Below, piece by piece: positions 54,307 to 64,000 of a stretch of 64,000 nt of DNA. This DNA comes from Eledone cirrhosa (taxonomy: Eukaryota). Every line of letters starts with the position of its first letter. The stretch's first letter is position 1. The DNA lies in the NCBI GenBank assembly GCA_964016885.1, contig OZ024761.1:1240001-1304000 (forward strand). Reading direction: 5' to 3'. Both the position numbers and the translations under genes were made by a program. Below the pieces are notes generated by a model, which did not search any database, was not told the DNA's origin, and saw only the letters and a list, made by a program, of their open reading frames with translations.

Positions 54307-56034
54307 GAGAGAGAGGAGAATGGATAGAGAGGGAGAGATAGAGAGGTGACAGACGAAAGTTATGGGAGGGGTGTACATTGAGTTCATAGTAGTATTCTAC
54401 AAATTGCATTAAGTTTCCATTTATAAGCAGGGTATTGTCTTGTAGTGTGGGGGAAGAGAAAGTGGTTGGCTAGAAAGCAATGTTATAGTTACGGGTTCGA
54501 ATGTTAAGTTATTTTATAGTGAGAGAATTTAGCCTTCAGTTTGTGGTTGCGGTATAATGATCGTTCGATTCTATCATTTAGTAATTTATTTTTAGATTTT
54601 AAGATGTAAAAGAGTTCAAGGTTACATAACCTACAGTACTTCAATCCACTCCGATATGCACTAGCGCTGGAAAGTATATCCCATTTCAAGGTGAACTGTT
54701 GGTTGCGTTCACGGAGTTGCCAGGTCTTGTTGGCGAGCGTGGTCACAAAACGGTGATTAGGATGTTTAATTGAGAATCGATGACGATACCAGCGAGATTT
54801 AAAGGAGGTAGTGGTAGACCCGATGTAATACCATTTCTGGTCGTTCGATTCAACAGTGCATTGGTAAACAATGTTGGACTTTAGGCATTTATTCTTCAAT
54901 GGACATCTTTCTGGTAGGTGGCAGTTACAGTTTTTGTTGTGGGTAGCGGGTATACCATGGATAGGTTGGGATAGCAGTACAGGTGGATTGTGTAATACCC
55001 GTCTCCCATTTGGTGGTTGGGAGGCCGATATTACGTTATGCTCATCTGTTAATAAAATATTTTGTTTTGTGTTGTTTAATTGCTTTAAGTTAAGTTTTTT
55101 TATGTATGCTTCAAGGTTTGGTGCAGTGGAGTATGATAGTTTAATAGTTTTAGAGTTTAGAATCTTACTGTATTTATGGGAACTAGGGAAATGATGTTGA
55201 TTAACTTAAAGAATGAAAGAGATAGTTTTGTACTAATCGAAGCATTAAAAATGGGATTATACCAAATATACTTTCTACAACGTGATTTATTTGGTGATGA
55301 TTTTCTATTATTAGTATGTCTGGTGGTACTGCGTGTGTGCGCTTGTATTTCAGTACCCCGGTTGCGTATTCTTTAATTTCGTGTAGAGCTATGTGTGTTA
55401 TGGAGATTCTTATCAATTGTATCCCGGTGGTCGGCATTCCTTAATGCATTATTATAGTATTCAGCATGTTCACTGAAAATCTCAGAATCAGACGATAGGT
55501 GAGAGATTCTAAGAGAAATACTAGGGGAACCGATTTGATCATGGAAAGTGAGTGGTTTGAGTTAAAATTGATATAGGTAAGGTTCTCATTTATCTTGTGG
55601 AAGGGTCGTATCAGTCCGGTATTTAAATTAACAGTTACGCCTAGAAAATTTACTACTTTAAGATTGTATTCGTACGAATACAATCTTAAAGTAGTAAACT
55701 ACAAGACAATACCCTGTTTATTACTATAAATGGAAACGTAGTGCAATTTGTAGAATACTACTATGAACTCAATGTACACTCATCACATAGCTTTCGTCTG
55801 TCCCTTCTCTATCTCTCCCTCTCTATCCATTCCCCCCCTCTCTCTCTCCCTAGGTCCACCTCCCTCCCTCTCCACATCTATGAACCTGCCCGCTGTGGCA
55901 ATAAATAATTCCATCCTTGACTATCAACACATCGCTTAAGGTGGTCGCTTTAAGAGTAACCAGTATAATAAAACCCCTACCACAACATTTTGATTAAGAT
56001 ATCTACAAACCACTCTCTCCCATTTCTCCAACCC

Positions 56035-56111
<77 letters not shown>

Positions 56112-56314
56112 TCTTTTCTACTCTATCTTCCCCAATAACCTCACTTAAGGGTATTTACATTGTACATTTAAACCATTCTGCTCTGAGGATACAGTGGTCA
56201 CAGCATTTGATAATTGAGTTTTGCAAATAGTTATAAATTTGCACATAGCCTAACCACCGTGGAAACATTTGTAAGCACACAGAAGGAATGACCTTTTTAT
56301 GATGTCTACCTGTT
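53809..56314 (-). mobile_element. Penelope-like element: truncated RT plus GIY-YIG (54504-55697) flanked by ~620-bp inverted 3'UTR/pLTR copies (53809-54446 / 55698-56314)
   Basis: KVVNFLGVTVNL…YINFNSNH (RT end); NIVYQCTV…YYIGSTTTSFKSRWYRH…CRLCNLE (GIY-YIG). Arms are visibly reverse-complementary. Confidence 0.92.
56176..56284 (+). ncRNA. Type-I hammerhead with large stem-II loop (mirror copy 53839-53960, minus strand)
   Basis: TTCTGCT-CTGAGGA-TACAGTGGT…ACCACCGTG-GAAA-CATTTG-TA-AGCAcaCAGAA. GUA triplet; the mirror copy is followed by AATAAA. Confidence 0.75.
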
Positions 56315-56469
56315 ATTATTCATTCTTTATCTACACTCCGGAATACAGAAGGATCAGGAACTGAGTTTCTTCAACTATTCTTCCACAACTCGTTGAGTAA
56401 CCTCTCACCGTACGTCAACTCTACCCAGTGTAGTAATTAACCGCTACTGCATCCAGGATAATCCTATAC

Positions 56470-56577
<108 letters not shown>

Positions 56578-56578
56578 T

Positions 56579-57318
56579 ATTGGTAAACGGAATAGAAAAT
56601 GGTGACAAATTGTTCACAGTTGAAAAATGGTTTAATTAGGAATAAAAGAGTATTAGTAATTGTATGGGTTAGTATTATAGCGAAGATACTGGGTTGTATG
56701 AATGTAACAAGGAATACATCGTTTGTGTGTATAATATTTAATTAACAATGGTAGATAGTATAGTTGACATGTCAAAGAAATAGATGATAGAATGAAACAA
56801 AGTTAGTCGTTACCGTTTTGATTGCCAGGCAAACGCGGCTGGCAGAGGACGCCTGGCTAAGGCCAGCCAGGCGCCGGAAGGCCAAATGAGAGGCAGAGCC
56901 AAATGAGAGGGTGAGAACTTAAAGTTGTTAGTTTTATAGGGTTCTGACCGGAAGTTACAGAAAGGGTTCTACTTCCCGTCTAGATGTTAATCCAAACAAG
57001 GGAGACAACCGCTACAGTATTCAGTTGTGGTTTTAAGTTTTTAAGTTTTTACCGGTTGCACATTTCTAAATGCTGTTCAAAAATAATTTTGAGATAGAGT
57101 GTCCGTGCTGTTTGCTCTGATCAGAGCAAACAGCACGGACACTCTATCTCAAAATTATTTTTGAAAAGCATTTAGAAATGTGCAACCAGTAAAAACTTAA
57201 AAACTTAAAACCACAACTGAATACTAACCCATACAATTACTAATACTCTTTTATTCCTAATTAAACCATTTTTCAACTGTGAACAATTTGTCAGCATTTT
57301 CTATTCCGTTTACCAATA
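56579..57318. mobile_element. Fold-back element: ~95-bp terminal inverted repeats plus a 210-bp palindrome (57016-57225), embedded in (TA)n
   Basis: Centre ctctga|tcagag at 57120/57121; 57225-57318 is the reverse complement of 56579-56671. Confidence 0.8.
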
Positions 57319-57351
57319 TATAATAACTTGTGTGTTACACCTTTATTCTTT

Positions 57352-57402
<51 letters not shown>

Positions 57403-57519
57403 AGATAAATCTACCAAAATGTACGGTAGTGTCCAATCCGTATGAAGAACTCAATGTAAATCCAAATATCATGAAAAGAGAAGATGTATTCAACCTTTTT
57501 TTTCGATGAAAAACACAGG

Positions 57520-57882
57520 AAAAATAATGAATAAAAACAAAGAAACAGTTCCTTATATTAAAAAATTCATCATTTTACGATCGTTTCTAGGATATATATG
57601 TGTGTGTTGGTATGTATATCATATAGATCTATGTAAAATTTTTACAAACTATCAGAGGGAATATACATACCTACACATATATATGCTGTCTTCAGAAATA
57701 ATATTTCTGAAGACAGCATATATATGTGTAGGTATGTATATTCCCTCTGATAGTTTGTAAAAATTTTACATAGATCTATATGATATACATACCAACACAC
57801 ACATATATATCCTAGAAACGATCGTAAAATGATGAATTTTTTAATATAAGGAACTGTTTCTTTGTTTTTATTCATTATTTTT
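57520..57882. repeat. 363-bp palindrome (181-bp arms, 1-nt spacer at 57701) containing two mirror-image hammerheads
   Basis: The ORF track gives the same peptide on both strands; arms matched by eye. Confidence 0.92.
57703..57830 (+). ncRNA. Type-I hammerhead with ~100-nt stem II (mirror copy 57572-57699, minus strand)
   Basis: ATTT-CTGAAGA-cagcATATATATGTGTaGGTATGTATAT…ATATACATACCaacacACACATATATATccta-GAAA-CGATCG-TA-AAAT. Palindromic stem III ACGATCGT, GUA triplet. Confidence 0.75.
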
Positions 57883-57886
57883 ATTA

Positions 57887-57938
<52 letters not shown>

Positions 57939-58302
57939 CATACACACACACATTGGCAGAATTGTCAGATCATTGGATAGAATGCTTTGCAGTATTCATT
58001 TTGACTCTCTGCTCTCTGAGTTCATATTGCGTCGAGGTCATCTTTGCCTTTCATCCATTCGAGGTTGATAAACAAAATAGTACTGGGATCAATTCTCCCT
58101 CCATATCTCTTTCTCACTTCCATTCTCTCTTTCCTTATCTGGAAGAAACCTAGTGTATGCAGACCTGGAGAGTATTGGACCCTGCCAGGTTTAAAAATGC
58201 CCCCAAAATGCGGTATATCAATACTTCTTCTTCATGCTCTTGCTTGACGAGGCCGGGGCCATCCTAAGTCAGCGATCCCAAATATATCAATAAGGTACCC
58301 TG

Positions 58303-58347
<45 letters not shown>

Positions 58348-58352
<5 letters not shown>

Positions 58353-58645
58353 GACCCGGCCCCCATGGGTACAAGCCGAAGCTGAAGCATATAGACAATA
58401 TGCCCCCACACCCTTCCACTACAAAGTGGTCGTGGAGGTGCCACGTCAAAAAAGCACCCAGCCCACACTGTAAAGTGGACATGTAGGCACCACGGAAAAA
58501 AAGCACCCAGCACTCACTGTAAATGAGGTTGGTGTTAGGAAGGGCATCCAGCTGTAGAAATCAAGCCAGATTCAGTTCCCGCATGAGCAAGGCATGGCCA
58601 GCCGACTGGACACTGCCCACAACAGGACAACCCGTCTAACCCACA
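58348..58645 (+). mobile_element. RTE 3'UTR fragment
   Basis: Homologous to 62457-62745. Confidence 0.8.
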
Positions 58646-58657
58646 TACATAAATATA

Positions 58658-58859
58658 TATGAGTTTGGCTGAAAAGTTCATAGGCTGACTATGAAGGTGT
58701 GATGCTAGAGCTGTGAAATTGTGTATGCTAATTTCAACTCTTATTATTAATAGCTGCATTGTCTCTTTCCAGGTAAAATGACATCTGACTGTTCAAAGAA
58801 GACTTCAGATGTAACTAGTGTGACTTCTCTTGAAAATGGACAAAATTTGGCATTGTGGT
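58658..58859 (+). mobile_element. Probable 5' end of a mariner element (TIR-like start and transposase start MDKIWH)
   Basis: ta-tgagtttggctgaaaagttcatag is a mariner-like terminus; ATG GAC AAA ATT TGG CAT near 58836. Confidence 0.5.
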
Positions 58860-58862
58860 ATG

Positions 58863-59510
58863 GAGCTCAAATCTTTCTACAAATAGTTGCAACTGGCTCT
58901 GTGCTATCCGAGCTCAAATCCCAATTTTTTCTACCAGAAGTTGCAACTGGCTCTGTGTTATCTGAGCTCAAATCTCTCATCTTTCTACCAATAGTAGCAA
59001 CTGGCTCTGTGCTATCTGAGCTCAAATCTCCCATCTTTCTATCAATAGTAGCAACTGGTTCTGTGCTATCTGAGCTCAAATCTCTCCTCTTTCTACCAGA
59101 AGTAGCAACTGGTTCTGTGCTATCTGAGCTCAAATCCCAACTCTTTCTAACAATAGTTGCAACTGGCTTTGTGCTATCTGAGCTCAAATCCCAACTCTTC
59201 CTATCAATAGCTGCAACTGGCTTTGTGCTATCTGAGCTCAAATCCCAACTCTTTCAATCAATAGTTGCAACTGGCTTTGTGCTATCTGAGCTCAAATCCC
59301 AACTCTTTCTAACAATAGTTGCAACTGGCTTTGTGCTATCTGAGCTCAAATCCCAACTCTTTCTATCAATAGTTGCAACTGGCTTTGTGCTATCTGAGCT
59401 CAAATCCCAACTCTTTCTAACAATAGCTGCAACTGGCTTTGTGCTATCTGAGCTCAAATCCCAACTCTTTCTAACAATAGCTGCAACTCTCTCTGTGCTA
59501 TCTGAGCTTA
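58863..59510 (+). repeat. 54-bp minisatellite, ~12 copies
   Basis: Unit gagctcaaatcccaactctttctaacaatagttgcaactggctttgtgctatct; 18-aa period in ORF 58778-59524. Confidence 0.97.
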
Positions 59511-59579
59511 AACAAGTATTATAGAGAGAGAGATGACAATTAATGTTACTTTTTAATTTTTGAAAATTGCATTGGTCAT

Positions 59580-59718
59580 AAGTCTGCCACCCAAGGACTA
59601 GGTGGTGGTGTTAAACTGGGTGATAAATTAAGTCTACCACCCAAGGACCAGAAGGTGGTGTAGAACTGGGTGACAGATTAAGTCTACCACCCAAGGACCA
59701 GGTGGTGGTGTTAAACCA
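59580..59718 (+). repeat. 50-bp tandem repeat, ~2.8 copies
   Basis: aagtct(a/g)ccacccaaggac at 59580, 59630 and 59680. Confidence 0.85.
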
Positions 59719-59997
59719 AGTGCAACAGATTGTAGTAGACTTTTGCTAAAGGCACCCTGAGGACCAAGTTTAGATGTTAGTAGCTATGTCAGTAGAGGTT
59801 CAACTTGTATTCAATCAAGAGATAGAGAAGAGAGAGGTAGAGAAGAGAGAAGAGAGAGGGGTGGACAAATGTGTGTGTGTAAGAGAGAGATAGAGACAAG
59901 TATCTGTGTGAGAGAGGGATAAGTATCTGTGTGTGAGAGAGAGGGATAAGTATCTGTGTGTGAGAGAGAGACAAGTGTGTGTATAAGAGAGAGAGAG

Positions 59998-60031
<34 letters not shown>

Positions 60032-61266
60032 AGGGTGGGGGGAGGGAAGTGACTGTTATAGTGCCACCAAAGTAAAATGTAAAACGTAGGATTGAGAGGA
60101 AAGTTCCATTTTGTCTGTCTGTCTGTCTGTCTGTCTATTTGTCTGTTCAGGTGATAATTATATATTTATGAAACAATCATCAAATATATATGACCTAGCT
60201 TGGACAGTGGAACTTTACAGATAGATGAGGTGGTGGTGGTGGTGTGGTGGTGGAGTGGTAGTGGTGGTGTGGTGGTAGTGGTGGTGGTGGGGTGGGGTGG
60301 AGTTGTGGTGTTGATGGTAGTGGTAGTGGAGTGGTGGGGGGGGAGGGTCTTTAGGGTAATAGTATTTATGGTAGTGGTGGTGGTGGGGGTGGGGTGGAGA
60401 GTCTTTAGGGTAATAGTATTTATGGTAGTGGTGGTGGTGGTGGAGTGGTAGTGGTGGGGGTGTTAGCGGCAATGGTATTTATAGTAGTGGCGCTGAGGGT
60501 TGTTACTGTGATAGTGGTGGCGGTGGTGGTGTTGGCAGTGATTGTATTCGTAGTGGCTATGGAGGTAGTGTTGGTGATGGTGATAGTAATGCTAGTGATG
60601 TGATGGTATTTGTGGTGGTAGTGGTGGTTATTGTGATGTGTTAGTGGTGTGGTGGTAGTGGTGGTAGTGGTGATGGTGGTAGTGGTGGTGCTAATTGTGA
60701 TGGTAGGGTTGATGGTGGTAGTGTTGTTGATGGGGGTAGGAGTGGTAGTGGTTGTGGTGGTAGCGATGGTGGTGATGGTGGTATTTTTGTTGGTTGCGAT
60801 GATGGCAGAGGTGATGGCAATTGTGGTGGTAGGGGTGATGGTGGTAGTGGTGGTAGTGGTAATGGTGGTGGTGGCGGTGGTATTGCTGTTGGTTGTGATG
60901 ATGGTAGAGGTCGTGGCGATTGTGTTGATGATGGTGATAGTGATGGTTGTGATGGTGGTGGTTGAAAAATTAATGAATAAGTTATCAACATGTCACTAGG
61001 CAAATTTTGGTGGTACTTCTTGGTATTAGTGGTGGTGGTGGTGGTGGTGGTGGTTGTGATGGTGGCGGTGTTTGTACTGATACTGATGTTGTTGTTGGTG
61101 GTAGTAGTAGTTGTAGTGGTGATGTTTGTAGTAGTAGTAGTAACACAACAAAAGACAATATCAGGTTATATTAGTAAATCTCTATAAATATTAATAAAGT
61201 TTGCAGTATTCGTGGTAGTGGTATGGTGGAGATATGGTATAGAGGTAGTGATACATATATATATAT

Positions 61267-61305
<39 letters not shown>

Positions 61306-61388
61306 AATGAAGTATTTCCGTCAGAAAAGTCCAGGAAAAAAGAGTGCTCTATGTAGGTAACAGAGCTTAATAGTTATGTAATGAATTT

Positions 61389-61449
61389 TTTCATTCTGAT
61401 GATTGAAAGCAACATTTTTTTGCTTTTAAGAAACCACTGGTAAATGAAA
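61389..61449 (+). ncRNA. Intact-looking type-I hammerhead ribozyme
   Basis: TTTCATT-CTGATGA-TTGAAAGCAA-(short loop)-TTGCTTTTAA-GAAA-CCACTGG-TA-AATGAAA. 7-bp stem I, 10-bp stem II, canonical core, GUA triplet. Confidence 0.85.
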
Positions 61450-61474
61450 TAATTGCCTTATGTTGTTTATTACA

Positions 61475-61516
<42 letters not shown>

Positions 61517-61694
61517 GAAATACTGTGTGCTTCTTGCTTATAATAATTTCTATACTTTTCATTTATATATATATACACAGTTTTCGTGTAGGGGTGTAGA
61601 AGTGGTGATACATATATATATATATATATACAGTTTTTGTTTTTAGAAGTAGTAATAGTGGTGAGAGATCAAAGTTTAATTTAAACATATAATA

Positions 61695-61911
61695 TTCAGG
61701 CAAAATCAACTGTTAGGAGACCCAGAAGTACCCTGGGGTAGACCCTGAGCAAGATGGATTGATAACATCCATGATCTCAGCTGGTCTTGCTTGGAGATCA
61801 AGCTAGATCAATTGGAGATGGTTACTTCTGACAAGACCCACTTGATGGTGTGCTTGAGGACTCTGCCCTTCAAGACACTTCCAAGAATAAGTGTGCAAAG
61901 AAGAAGAAGAA
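61695..61911 (+). mobile_element. Degenerate RTE-like 3' end with (GAA)n tail
   Basis: GRP*ARWIDNIHDLSW motif and gaagaagaagaa tail. Confidence 0.6.
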
Positions 61912-62204
61912 CGGTGCTGGATTCTGTGAATTTTAGAGAATCATATAAGGGTTTGCAATGAAATATTTGGGAAGCACTGTTCTAGGAGATACTTTCCATG
62001 AGAGAGGGGGGGGGGGGGTAAAAGAGAGGGAGGAGTGAGAGTGCATTTGGGTAAATGAGTCTGTCCGTGTGTATGTCCATGGCTGATAACAGTTGGAGGA
62101 AGTTGCTTCTAACAGGACCCACACAAAAGCATGCTTGAGGATTCTGTCCCTTACAACCCTCCCAGGAATAAGTGGGCTAAGAAGAATATTCATAATCACA
62201 TATA

Positions 62205-63005
62205 ACACCTGATTTACAGCCCTGATCTAGCTCCGTGTGATTTCTACCTCTTCCCTAAGTTGAAATCGTTATTGACATGTGATGCGTATGAAGGTTGACA
62301 GCTGCATAAAAAGGTGCAGAGCACTAGAAGTCGATGGAAACCGCGGAGTGGGGAGACCCAAGATGACCTGGGATGAGGTGATAAAAGCCGACCTTACCCA
62401 ATTACACCTCACAAAGGCGATGACACACGACCATGACCTCTGGCGTCACGTAGTAATACAGAGTACCCGACCTCCCAGGGGTACAAGCTGAAGCATATAA
62501 ACAATATGCCCCCACACCCCCCACTGCAAGGTAGTCGTGGAGGTGCCACGGCAAAAAAGCACCCAGCCCACACTGTAAAGTGGACGTGTAGGCGCCACGA
62601 AAAAGCACCCAGCACTCACTGTAAATGAGGTTGGTGTTAGGAAGGGCATCCAGCTGTAGAAATCAAGCCAAATCAGTTCCTGTATGAGCAAGGCATGGTC
62701 AGGCGACCAGACACTGCCCACAACAGGACAACCCATCTAACCCATGCTAGCGTGGAAGAACGGACGTAAAACGGTGATGATGATGGTGATGATGATTGAA
62801 GAGTCATCATTTTGGGACTGTGGAAAACATACAAACTAAGGACACACACAGGAAATGGCTTCTGGTACTGCTACGATCTATGGAAAAAACGTTGGAACCA
62901 CTGTCTGACTTCCTTTGGGTCATATTTTGAAAGAAATTTCATGTACGTCTAATATACATTTAAATAAAACATAAGTACCCTTACTTTTGGGACAAACCTC
63001 ATGTA
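62205..63005 (+). mobile_element. Mariner transposase 3' remnant and right TIR, interrupted by an RTE fragment
   Basis: YSPDLAPCDFYLFPKLKSLL | KSHHFGTVENIQ…WKKRWNHC…GSYFE; end ttacttttgggacaaacctcatg-ta. Confidence 0.85.
62276..62794 (+). mobile_element. RTE 3' fragment inserted in the mariner, ATTGA target-site duplication
   Basis: HVMRMKVDSCIKRC…GRPKMTW, 3'UTR and (GAT)n; ATTGA at 62271-62275 and 62795-62799. Confidence 0.9.
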
Positions 63006-63074
63006 TATATATATATATATATATATATTTGGCCTCCTGTCATTTAACTTTATAATGTATATATATATATATAT

Positions 63075-63550
63075 ATAGGAAAAAGTATGACCCCGACGGC
63101 AGAGCTCAAACCGTTTCGACGGCTATTTCTGGACTAAATTAAATTTTTTTAGCCTGGTGAATAAATAGCCGAACTTTTCAAGGGGGTACTTCCTTATATG
63201 GGAAGATTGTAACTACAGGGGAGTGAGTGGAGCGGTCAAGTGTTGAAAGTGATATGTTCTACAGGCAAGTTCAGCCACCCCTACCTCCCACTAAATGCCA
63301 TGATAGACTTATTTGTGTTTACAACAAATTTTAACCAATCCTCTTCCATATAAGGAAGTACCCCCTTGAAAAGTTCGGCTATTTATTCACTAGGCTAAAA
63401 ATTCTAATTTAGTCCAGAAATAGCTGTCGAAACGGCTTGAGCTCTGCCGTCGGGGTCATACTTTTTCCTATTTCCCACTCAACTACCCTAAGTATTGAGT
63501 ACTCTGGTGCATTATGGTCCATCTGGTTCCTTACCAAAATTCCTTTGTTA
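63075..63550. mobile_element. pLTR-like element with ~130-bp inverted repeats (63075-63206 / 63342-63471)
   Basis: Arms are reverse-complementary; same family as 6327-6526. Confidence 0.8.
63356..63463 (+). ncRNA. Extended type-I hammerhead with variant core UUGAAAA (U3-A8); mirror copy 63083-63191, minus strand
   Basis: AAGTAcCCCC-TTGAAAA-GttCGGCTATTT…AAATAGC(C/T)GtC-GAAA-CGGC-ttgagctct-GCCG-TC-GGGGtcaTACTT. Confidence 0.75.
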
Positions 63551-63624
63551 TATATATATATATGATAAAGTGAAATGACAGGAGGCCAAATTTGTTGAAT
63601 TTCCTTAATTTTTTATTACTGTAA

Positions 63625-63682
63625 ACACTATGCATATTTCAGTGGCCAGGTTGCGTAAGAACCTGGTGACCTCATCAGGTGT
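63625..63682 (-). ncRNA. Type-I hammerhead motif, canonical core
   Basis: ACAC-CTGATGA-GGTcaCCAGGTT-cttacgc-AACCTGGccACT-GAAA-TATGCA-TA-GTGT, then AATAAA. Confidence 0.78.
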
Positions 63683-64000
63683 AAATTGCATAATAGATGT
63701 ATACCAACGGAATGATGGTAAGCTTATATATATATATACACTCTCTAAGATGGCCGACTGAATATGCATGTGTGTTTTTTTCTTCCCAATTTTTTTTTCT
63801 CATTCTCCCCATCCCTTCCTCTCATACCTCTTTACTTTCTATTTATATTCTATTTATAACCCTATCTTCTGATGAAGGATTAGTTTCCATGTACTGTGCT
63901 ATTTGTTTTGTTATTTTTGTTACTTCTACATACAAATACATATATATATCTAAAGTCTGTCTTAAGCCAGAAGGCTCATTTGGCCGGTGCTTATCCCGGT

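Overview
Repeat-rich eukaryotic (metazoan) genomic DNA. The SINE, RTE and mariner complement and the very long (TA)n, (GGT)n and (CAC)n tracts resemble an octopus/cephalopod genome (inference from recognition, not from a database search). There is one convincing host gene: a long coding exon at 34777-36842 (+) for a C2H2 zinc-finger protein ending in the Ikaros/Hunchback dimerization finger pair but lacking the tandem DNA-binding array, with candidate upstream exons at 22388-22481 and 32705-32824. The rest is microsatellite, minisatellite and transposon debris: several RTE LINE families, five copies of a ~605-bp bipartite non-autonomous RTE derivative, two Penelope-like (GIY-YIG) element fragments, tRNA-SINEs, mariner pieces, a Helitron 3' end and MITEs. 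The main unannotated signal is about a dozen loci carrying type-I hammerhead ribozyme motifs from several unrelated sequence families, found by hand-threading. They are typically near an AATAAA-like signal, embedded in (TA)n and often duplicated as inverted repeats, as expected for Penelope pLTRs. One family has a non-canonical UUGAAAA core (U3-A8 in place of the C3-G8 tertiary pair) in both copies. Most ORFs in the supplied track are translations of simple repeats.
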